From Haloferacaceae archaeon PL-Br10_E2g29 (lineage in GTDB: Archaea; Halobacteriota; Halobacteria; Halobacteriales; Haloferacaceae), in the NCBI GenBank assembly GCA_001563965.1, contig LKMS01000001.1, positions 1 to 29,859 of the forward strand: a DNA stretch of 29,859 bases, given 5' to 3'. Under the pieces are notes generated by a model, which was not told the origin of the DNA, made no database searches, and saw nothing but the letters and a program-made list of their open reading frames with translations. Both the position numbers and the translations under genes were made by a program. Below, piece after piece: positions 15,531 through 23,147 of the stretch; position 1 is the stretch's first letter, and every line of letters begins with the position of its first letter.

Positions 15531-18359
15531 TTACGATTCGTCCGCAGCCGACCCAGCATCGCCACCCGAGTCGGCCGAAGCGAGCCGTTGTTGCCACTCG
15601 TGGACTGTTGACAGCAGCTCGACCGGCGGCGTCTCGCCGAGATCGACCGACTGCACGGCGGTGAGCACGGCTTGTGCGTCGGGATCGAGAGCGGGAGCCG
15701 ACCGGGAGTCGGTCGTCGGTGTCGACGGTGCTGTCGCGGGCGACTCGTCCGTCGATGTCGATGATTCCGATGACGACGACTCGGCTGTGGTAAACGAGCC
15801 GGTTCCGAGGTCGAAGACGGCCTGTGTCGGCTCGCTTCCGCCGCTGTTTTTCGCCTCAATCGCCTTCTCGTCGCGGAGTTTGTCGAGGACGGTCCGCGCG
15901 CGGTCGACGACGGGCGACGGAACGCCCGCGAGGTCGGCGACGTGGATGCCGTACGAGCGGTCGGTCGGCCCCTCCTCGACGGTTCGGAGAAACGTAATAT
16001 CCTCGTCCCCAGCTGAATCCTCGCCGGCGACCGCAACGTGGACGTTGCCAACGCGGTCGAGATGGTCGGCGAGCGCCGTTAGCTCGTGGTAGTGGGTCGC
16101 AAACAGGCAGTGACAGCCGATTTCGTTGTGAATGTACTCGGTGGCCGCCCACGCGATCGAGATGCCGTCGTAGGTCGCCGTGCCGCGGCCAACTTCGTCG
16201 AGAATCACGAGTGAGTCGTCGGTCGCCGAGTGTAGAATGTTCGACAGTTCCTGCATCTCGACCATGAACGTCGAGCGACCCTGGGCCAACTCGTCGAGTG
16301 CGCCGACACGCGTATAAATCCCGTCGACGACACCGACGGTGGCCGAGCGCGCGGGGACGAAACAGCCGATTTGGGCGAGCAGCGTAATCAACGCCGCCTG
16401 CCGCATGTACGTCGATTTCCCGCTCATGTTTGGACCCGTGACGAGCAGGAATCCCCGCTCGCGGTCGAGAAAGAGATCGTTCGGAACGAACTCGGTTGTT
16501 TGCTCGACAACGGGGTGGCGACCCGCCTCGATATCGAGCGTGCCCGGTGCGACCAGTTCGGGGCGACACCAGTTCGCGCCGGCGGTGTGGGTTGCTAGCG
16601 CACAGAAAACGTCGATTTCGGCGAGCGCGCGCCCCACGTCTTGGAGCAGCGCCGACTGTTCGGCGACCGTCTCGCGAAGCGCCTCGAACAGCTCGTATTC
16701 GAGGTCACCGCGTTGTTCTTCGAGCCGGAGAATCTCGCGTTCGCGTTCGGCCAGCGCGTCGGTGACGAACCGTTTGGAGTTTTTGAGCGTTTTGACGTGT
16801 GAAAAAAAGTCGGGAACGGCGTCGGCCTGCGAGCGGCCGACCTGGATGTAGTAGCCGTCGGTTTTGTTGCGCGACACGGAAACGTGGCTCAGGCCGTACT
16901 CGGCTTTGATCCGGTCGGCCAGCCCGTCGATCCAGTTCAGCGCCGTCTCGTGTTGGTCGATCAGTTCATCGAGCGTGTCGTCGTAGCCGCGCGAAAACAG
17001 TCCGCCCTGCGTGACCGTTTTCGGCGGATCGGACGCAAGCGCGGAGTCAAGCGTCTCGCACAGCGAGGCCGCGGCCACGCGGTCGACGCCGTCGATAACG
17101 CCAGCCAACGGCGAGCCCGCGAGTTCGCCCGCCTCGATTTCGTCGGCGACCGCCGGGAGCACCGCCAGCGTGTCACGAACCGAGAGCAGTTCGCGAGCGC
17201 CCGCGCTGCCGCTGGCGACCCGGCTGGCGAGCCGTTCGAGGTCGGCCGCGCCGTCGAGCGTTTCGCGGAGCCGTTGGCGGGCGAGCGCGGCCGACGCGAG
17301 CGCCTCGATGCAGTCGAGTCGGCGGTCGAGTTCGGCGCGGTCGCGACGCGGCCGGGTTACCCACTCGCGGAGGAGTCGACCGCCCGGACTGGTTTCGGTG
17401 TGATCAAGCACCGAAACCAGCGAGCCCTCGCGGTCGCCGTGCATCGTCTCGACCAGTTCGAGGTTGCGCTGGGTCGTCGCATCGAGGGTGAGGTGGTCGT
17501 CGGCCGTGTACGGCTGGAGTCGCGTCATCGACTGGCGAACCCCAACGCCGGTGTCGTCGACGAACGCGAGAATTGCGCCCGCCGCGCGAACCGCCAGTTC
17601 GGAGTCGAGCCCGATGCTGTCAAGCGTTTCGGCGCCGAACTGCTCGCCGACCGTATGGCGGGCGCGACCGGGCGCAAACGCCTCGGTTTCGAAGCGCGCC
17701 AGCGAGGCGTCAGTGCGCTCGCGAAGCGTCGACAGGAAGTCGTCGTCGCTGCGAACGGCCGGCCCGGGCAGGATTTCGACGGGGTCGAACCGGTAGAGTT
17801 CGGCGTGTGCGGCCGCCGCGGTGGCGACCTCGCAGACGTGAAACTGGCCGGTGGTGATGTCGGCAAACGCGAGGCCGTAGGGGCCGCCCACGTCGTCGTC
17901 AGCAGCCGCGCCAGCGGCGTTGGTGCGGTCACCAGCGGCGTGGTCTGTGGGGGCGCTGGCGGTCATCGGCCGGCCCGAAAGCGGCAGTGGGCGGACGACC
18001 GCGGCGAGATACTGCGCGTCGCTGTCGCTGGTTTCGAGCAGTGTCCCGGGCGTGACCGTTCGGGTTATTTCCCGAGAAAATTCGCCGTCGTCGTCCTCGA
18101 ACTGGTCGGCGACGGCGACGGTGTAGCCGCGTTCGACGAGCGCCTTCAGATAGGGCGTGAGCTCCGACAGCGGAACGCCCGCCATCGGATACGACGAGCC
18201 GTGTGAGGATTTCGTCGACACCGTCAGCTCGAGTTCCTCGCTCACCAGCTCGGCATCATCGGCAAAAAATTCGTAGAAATCACCGCACTGCATCGCCAGC
18301 AGGTCGGCATCGGTATCGCGTTTGAGCGAGAGAAACTGCTCGACGATTCCCTGAGCCAT
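15531..18359 (-). CDS. mutS: DNA mismatch repair protein MutS (MutS1 type)
   Basis: Mismatch-binding GDFYEFF, MAGVP, TPGT, LDATTQRNLEL, GRHPVVE, Walker A TGPNMSGKSTYMRQ, GRSTFMVEM, DEVGRGT, ATHYHEL and SYGIHVA. Confidence 0.98.
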   Translation of the reverse strand: MAQGIVEQFLSLKRDTDADLLAMQCGDFYEFFADDAELVSEELELTVSTKSSHGSSYPMAGVPLSELTPYLKALVERGYTVAVADQFEDDDGEFSREITRTVTPGTLLETSDSDAQYLAAVVRPLPLSGRPMTASAPTDHAAGDRTNAAGAAADDDVGGPYGLAFADITTGQFHVCEVATAAAAHAELYRFDPVEILPGPAVRSDDDFLSTLRERTDASLARFETEAFAPGRARHTVGEQFGAETLDSIGLDSELAVRAAGAILAFVDDTGVGVRQSMTRLQPYTADDHLTLDATTQRNLELVETMHGDREGSLVSVLDHTETSPGGRLLREWVTRPRRDRAELDRRLDCIEALASAALARQRLRETLDGAADLERLASRVASGSAGARELLSVRDTLAVLPAVADEIEAGELAGSPLAGVIDGVDRVAAASLCETLDSALASDPPKTVTQGGLFSRGYDDTLDELIDQHETALNWIDGLADRIKAEYGLSHVSVSRNKTDGYYIQVGRSQADAVPDFFSHVKTLKNSKRFVTDALAEREREILRLEEQRGDLEYELFEALRETVAEQSALLQDVGRALAEIDVFCALATHTAGANWCRPELVAPGTLDIEAGRHPVVEQTTEFVPNDLFLDRERGFLLVTGPNMSGKSTYMRQAALITLLAQIGCFVPARSATVGVVDGIYTRVGALDELAQGRSTFMVEMQELSNILHSATDDSLVILDEVGRGTATYDGISIAWAATEYIHNEIGCHCLFATHYHELTALADHLDRVGNVHVAVAGEDSAGDEDITFLRTVEEGPTDRSYGIHVADLAGVPSPVVDRARTVLDKLRDEKAIEAKNSGGSEPTQAVFDLGTGSFTTAESSSSESSTSTDESPATAPSTPTTDSRSAPALDPDAQAVLTAVQSVDLGETPPVELLSTVHEWQQRLASADSGGDAGSAADES

Positions 18360-18434
18360 ACGGCCATTCGGACGGTCGACCGGTAAAACGCTACGGTCGC
18401 TGTCGTCGTGAAGGCGAACCAGTCGTCGAGAAAA

Positions 18435-18650
18435 TCAGTCGTCGCTCACGACGTGGCGCTCGCCGTCACTGTCGTATTCGTAGACGACCCCGTCCTCCTC
18501 GTCGGCGGTCGCGTTGTGCGAGCCATCGCAGTACGGTTTGTTGTCCGACAGCCCACACTGGCAGATGTAGATGCCACCGCCCTGGGCTTCGAGTTCGTCT
18601 TCGTCGATTGCATACGGTCCTTGCTCCTCTTGGATGACTTTGCGTGCCAT
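18435..18650 (-). CDS. CDGSH iron-sulfur domain protein (71 aa)
   Basis: CQCGLSDNKPYCDGSH fits C-x-C-x2-S-x3-P-x-CDGSH; strong TTTATA box at 18679-18674. Confidence 0.9.
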   Translation of the reverse strand: MARKVIQEEQGPYAIDEDELEAQGGGIYICQCGLSDNKPYCDGSHNATADEEDGVVYEYDSDGERHVVSDD

Positions 18651-18727
18651 ATGCACACATACAACTAAATGTATATAAACAACCCCGTTACAGCAGGGTT
18701 AGTTCGAGCACTACCCGTCACGAACCG

Positions 18728-20104
18728 TTACGACGAAACCACCACCGACAACGACGCCAGTCGCTCGATTGCGGTGTCGACGTCGGGTGCGGCGAGAACG
18801 ACGCTGACTGACTGCCCCTCCGGTTCACTGCGAGCCAAAAATGGAACGCCATTGTTCCTCGTGTCCGCGGGCGATTGTCCGGTCTCCTCGCCAGCCGCCA
18901 GTAACACCGGTTTTGGCCACGCAAGTGACCCGATAGCGTCGTCAACCGCGTTGTCGAGTCGACAGCGAACCGCGACCCGAAGTGTTGGGTCGTGTTCACG
19001 GAGCGCGAGCAACCCGTCAGCGAGGGTGGAGTCACCACCGACGTCGACGGTGTCAGCGGTATCGGCTGACGTTCGCCCGGAACCGACGAGTTCGGCGGCC
19101 GACTCGCTATACGGCGTCGCGGCGATACAGGCGAAACCGTCGACGGGCGCAATGGCATCGAACTCACCGACAGCGAGCCGGTTCGCAAACTGGTCGGCTG
19201 CTGCACCGGCGTCAACGCGTTCGGCACGCTCGCGAAGCCCGACAAGGTGGTGGACCGATCCCGGTCCGTTGCCGACATCGATGCCGTACCGGACAGCGCG
19301 CTCCATGAACGCAACGCCGGCGGCGACCGCGTCGTGGAGCGATTCGCCGGCAGCCAACCGGGCGGCAATCGCGCTTGAGAGCGTACAGCCCGAGCCGTGG
19401 GTTGCCTCGGTGTCGACGCGGGGGTGGCTGAACCGCTCGGTTTGGATTTTGTCGCCGTCGGCGACAACGAGCGTGTCGACAACGCGGTCGCCCGCGATGT
19501 GGCCCCCTTTGACAAGTGCCGCGTCGGCACCCTGCTCGACAAGGGTCTCGCCGGCAGCGGCGGCCGCCTCTGGGCTGTCGACGGTGCTGCCGGTCAGAAT
19601 TTCGGCCTCATCGACGTTCGGCGTGAGGAGCGTTGCCCGCTCGATGAGTGCGTCGTAGGCGGTTTCGGCGGCTTCGCTTAACAGGCGGTCACCCGTCGCC
19701 GCCACCATGACAGGGTCAACGACGACGCTCCCCTCGAACGCCGCGAGACAGTCGACAACGGTTTCGATCACGTCGGCGGTCGCGAGCATCCCGGTTTTGA
19801 CCGCCGCGGGCGCAAAGTCGTCGATGACGGCGTCGTACTGGGCGGCGATGTGGTCGATCGGCAGCACGTGGACATCGTGGACGCCGACGGTGTTCTGGGC
19901 GGTCGTCGCGGTGACAACGCTGGTGCCGAACGCGCCGTGGGCCTCCATCGTTTTGAGGTCGGCCTGAATCCCCGCGCCGCCGCCTGAGTCGCTGCCGGCG
20001 ATGGTGAGCGCAACCGGTGGCGACACCGGCGCGTACTGGCGACGACCCGGCGGTTCGCGACCACCGGTCGAGCCGCGACGGTCTGTCGGTTCGTGGTGGC
20101 TCAT
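18728..20104 (-). CDS. thiD: HMP/HMP-P kinase ThiD with a C-terminal degenerate ThiN-like domain
   Basis: LTIAGSDSGGGAGIQADLKT, VTATTAQNT, VKTGML, VVDPVMVA, LLTPNVDEA, LVKGGH and THGSGCTLSSAIAA. SD GGAGG lies just upstream of ATG 20104. Confidence 0.92.
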   Translation of the reverse strand: MSHHEPTDRRGSTGGREPPGRRQYAPVSPPVALTIAGSDSGGGAGIQADLKTMEAHGAFGTSVVTATTAQNTVGVHDVHVLPIDHIAAQYDAVIDDFAPAAVKTGMLATADVIETVVDCLAAFEGSVVVDPVMVAATGDRLLSEAAETAYDALIERATLLTPNVDEAEILTGSTVDSPEAAAAAGETLVEQGADAALVKGGHIAGDRVVDTLVVADGDKIQTERFSHPRVDTEATHGSGCTLSSAIAARLAAGESLHDAVAAGVAFMERAVRYGIDVGNGPGSVHHLVGLRERAERVDAGAAADQFANRLAVGEFDAIAPVDGFACIAATPYSESAAELVGSGRTSADTADTVDVGGDSTLADGLLALREHDPTLRVAVRCRLDNAVDDAIGSLAWPKPVLLAAGEETGQSPADTRNNGVPFLARSEPEGQSVSVVLAAPDVDTAIERLASLSVVVSS

Positions 20105-20378
20105 CGATTCCTCCAGGCGGACTCGGTGTGGTGGGTCAATCCGTGCGAGACAGTCGGTTCGACACGGCCGAACCGGGTCGGGAGTAGCAGGCTCACCGTA
20201 TGGAGCATGGGTCATCGTTGGGGCGACGGTGATTAATTTCTCTGGGTCTCGGATCGGATCGCGAGCGCGACGGATCGACGTGAGTGGTGAGAAGCTGAAA
20301 AGCAAACACGGCCCATCCGTTCGGTGTCGACACCGTACAGCAGTCTTATACGGCCCTGCGCCGAACATCCGACAACGA

Positions 20379-22187
20379 ATGACGGACTCGGAGCCATCGC
20401 GAACGGTTTCACGGCGTGCGGCACTGACAGGTGCGGCGGGTGCCCTCGTTGCGAGCGCCGGCTGTGTGCGACGGCTTCGAACCACCGTCGGCGGCGACAG
20501 TACCGGCCAACTCGTCGTCAGAATCACGATTCCCGTTGGCGACTACGATCCGTTCGCCGCCCCCATCGCGCGCCACCTCATCGACGGACTCGAAGCCGCG
20601 GGTATCGACTACCGACTAACGCCGGCTTCACAGGACGAACTGTACCGGCAAGTGCTGTTGGCCGCCGATTTCGACATCTATATCGGACGACTGCCAACTG
20701 ACCGCCAGCCCGACCCGGACGTGCTGTATCCGCTGTTACACTCGAAATTCCGTGGCGAGGTTGGCTGGCAGAACCCGTTCGGCTTTACCAACCCCGACTG
20801 TGACGAACTGCTCGACGACCAGCGTCGCGAGCGGGGAACCGACCGACAGGAAACCGTTGACTCGCTCCAATCGCTGCTGGGTCAGACCCAGCCGTTCGTC
20901 CCGTTGGTTCGACCCGAGATCATCTCAGGCGTCAGACGCGACCGGTTCGACGACTGGGAAGACGCCATGACCGAACCGCCAACCGGCCTTTTGCGACTCA
21001 ACCGGCTGGACGCCGACGACGGCCATCTCACGCTCGGAACGACTGATCCACGCGTGACCGAAAACCGAAATCCAATCTCGGCAACGTACAGTTACGACAC
21101 CTCAATCGTGAGCCTGCTGTACGACCCACTCGTGATCGAAAGCGGTGGGGAGCGCCGGAACTGGCTCGCCAGCGGCATCGAGTGGGAGTCGGCGGCGACC
21201 CCTGAACAGGAGGAAGCAGCCAACGCAACCGTCACGCTCCGCGAGGATCTCCAGTGGCACGACGGCGAGCCGTTGACCGCGGCCGACGTTGCGTTCACCT
21301 TCTCGTTTCTCGACGACACCGCCGCCGGATCAGCCGCCAGTTCGGTTCCCTCACCGAGGTTTCGCCAACAGAGCTCGCTCATCACGGCGGCAACCGCACT
21401 CGACGACAGAACCGTCCGACTCACGTTCGATGAGGCGAGCGAGGAGGTCGCCGAAGGGGCGCTCACGGCACCGATCTTTCCCGAGCACATCTGGAGTGAG
21501 CAAACCGAGATCGCATCGATTGCGGGCGTCGAACTCAGCGAGGCGGCGACCGAGGCGATGGTCTGGGACAACCCCGAACCCGTCGGCAGCGGCCCAATCC
21601 AGTTCGAGGAGGCAACCGATGGCTCGTTCGTGACGGTGTCGCGGTTCAACGACCACTTCCTCGCGCGAGCGTCGAACAACGAGGACAGCACTGACGACGC
21701 CGACGGCGACCTCGCGTTTCCGGTGTTCGAAGAGCTCACCGTTGATCTGTTGTCGTCGTCGCCGGTGCTTGTCGAGTCGCTGTCGGCCGAAGACATCGAC
21801 GCCACCATCTCACCGCTCGATCCGGCCGAGGTCGAACGGATCGAGGACGAACCGCCGCTGTCGCTGGTGACCGCGCTCTCGTATGCGAGCTATCATCTCG
21901 GCTTCAACACGCGAAGCGAACCGTTCGGCGATCCGAGCTTCCGGCGGACGATCGCCCGGCTCTGTGACAAAGCCGCCCTCGCAGCCGAGGTGTTCGGGGG
22001 GTACGGCGAACCGGTTGCCAGCCCGCTTGCGGGCACCGACTGGCTGGCCGATGAGCTGCAGTGGGACGGCACCGATCCGGTCGCACCGTTCCTCGGTGAG
22101 AACGGCGAGGTCGACGACACACGCGCGAAAGACGCGTTCCGTGACATTGGCTACCGGTACAACGCGAACGACGAACTGATTGTATAG
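20379..22187 (+). CDS. Family-5 (DppA/OppA/NikA-like) solute-binding Tat lipoprotein, orphan
   Basis: SRRAAL twin-Arg and ASAGC lipobox; LLYDPL, WHDGEPLTAADVAFTF, PVGSGP, LGFNTRSEPFGD and QNPFGFTNP. CTTATA box at 20345-20350. No permease or ATPase gene in the window. Confidence 0.88.
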   Translation: MTDSEPSRTVSRRAALTGAAGALVASAGCVRRLRTTVGGDSTGQLVVRITIPVGDYDPFAAPIARHLIDGLEAAGIDYRLTPASQDELYRQVLLAADFDIYIGRLPTDRQPDPDVLYPLLHSKFRGEVGWQNPFGFTNPDCDELLDDQRRERGTDRQETVDSLQSLLGQTQPFVPLVRPEIISGVRRDRFDDWEDAMTEPPTGLLRLNRLDADDGHLTLGTTDPRVTENRNPISATYSYDTSIVSLLYDPLVIESGGERRNWLASGIEWESAATPEQEEAANATVTLREDLQWHDGEPLTAADVAFTFSFLDDTAAGSAASSVPSPRFRQQSSLITAATALDDRTVRLTFDEASEEVAEGALTAPIFPEHIWSEQTEIASIAGVELSEAATEAMVWDNPEPVGSGPIQFEEATDGSFVTVSRFNDHFLARASNNEDSTDDADGDLAFPVFEELTVDLLSSSPVLVESLSAEDIDATISPLDPAEVERIEDEPPLSLVTALSYASYHLGFNTRSEPFGDPSFRRTIARLCDKAALAAEVFGGYGEPVASPLAGTDWLADELQWDGTDPVAPFLGENGEVDDTRAKDAFRDIGYRYNANDELIV

Positions 22188-22277
22188 GCGTCGACGCGAG
22201 TTGTACACAGACAAAAACCGCTCGGCCGCAACCCGAGCCAACACCGCTTTATTTGTCGACTGTTAGATATGGACGAT

Positions 22278-23090
22278 ATGAACAGACGAACGGTGTTGGC
22301 GACGGCGGGCGTTGTCGGCGGCGTTGGGCTGTCGGGGTGTCTCGGGTTGGTTGATGGGCTCACGACGTTCGAAGCAAGCGTTGCCGATGTCGACGAATCC
22401 GCGCTGTCGGAAACCGGGTATGACGAAACCGGCGTCGACGAGATTGTCAACGAACGGACGTTCGAGGCCGCTGGAGAGTCCGAAACCGTCGAGGTGACGA
22501 GCTATCTGGCCGAGCACGCAAAACAGATCGATATGGGGCCGATTGGCGAACAGGAGACGGCGACATTCAGCGTACTTTCCTCGCCGAAAGTCGAGGCAGT
22601 GGGGCGATCGTTCAATCCGATCGAGGAGATGAATACCGAGGAGATCGTCGAACTCATCGAGGACAACTACGACGACATCGGCGAACTCAACAGAGAGTCG
22701 GATCACGAGATCACGCTCGTCGACCAAACGGTCGACGAGTCGATCTTCAGCGCGCCCGCCTCGATCGACGGCCAGCCGTTCGATCTCGCGCTGCACGTCA
22801 CGACGGCGGCCGAACGCGGCGACGACTTCGTCCTCGCGATCGGCGCGTATCCACAGGAGGTCGAATCGCAAGAGAAACCCAACATTCGAACGCTCATCGA
22901 GGCAGTCACGCCCGCCGATGACCGCGAAGACAGTGACGAGGCTGAAGACGAAGACGACACCACGAATGGCGAGGCTGAAGACGGAGACGACGGGCTCCTG
23001 GGTGAGGACGATGCAGACGACGAGAACGACGCCGGCGATGACAACGACACCGATGAGCAGAGTGACGACGAGGGGCTGCTCGGACTGTAG
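22278..23090 (+). CDS. Tat lipoprotein (DUF6517-like) with an acidic tail
   Basis: MNRRTVL...LSGCLG (Tat motif plus lipobox), ALSETGY and VLSSPKVEAVGRSFNP. TTTATT box at 22248-22253. ATG 22269 is an alternative start. Family name is from memory. Confidence 0.78.
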   Translation: MNRRTVLATAGVVGGVGLSGCLGLVDGLTTFEASVADVDESALSETGYDETGVDEIVNERTFEAAGESETVEVTSYLAEHAKQIDMGPIGEQETATFSVLSSPKVEAVGRSFNPIEEMNTEEIVELIEDNYDDIGELNRESDHEITLVDQTVDESIFSAPASIDGQPFDLALHVTTAAERGDDFVLAIGAYPQEVESQEKPNIRTLIEAVTPADDREDSDEAEDEDDTTNGEAEDGDDGLLGEDDADDENDAGDDNDTDEQSDDEGLLGL

Positions 23091-23147
23091 CTGATTGCCT
23101 TCGTAACGCCGATACTGTTTTTTACACGAACAAAAAACTCCCATTGA

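Noticed and set aside
20105-20380. TPP riboswitch upstream of thiD
   Set aside because: The conserved CUGAGA and AUAAUGCC-type aptamer cores are not visible on the thiD strand; only a generic hairpin is present.
18728-20527. 599-aa thiD, 728-aa SBP, 342-aa ubaA, 299-aa DedA and 271-aa MBL as given in the ORF track
   Set aside because: The N-terminal extensions overlap divergent promoters or genes. Internal ATGs with promoter or SD support and family-typical N-termini were used instead.
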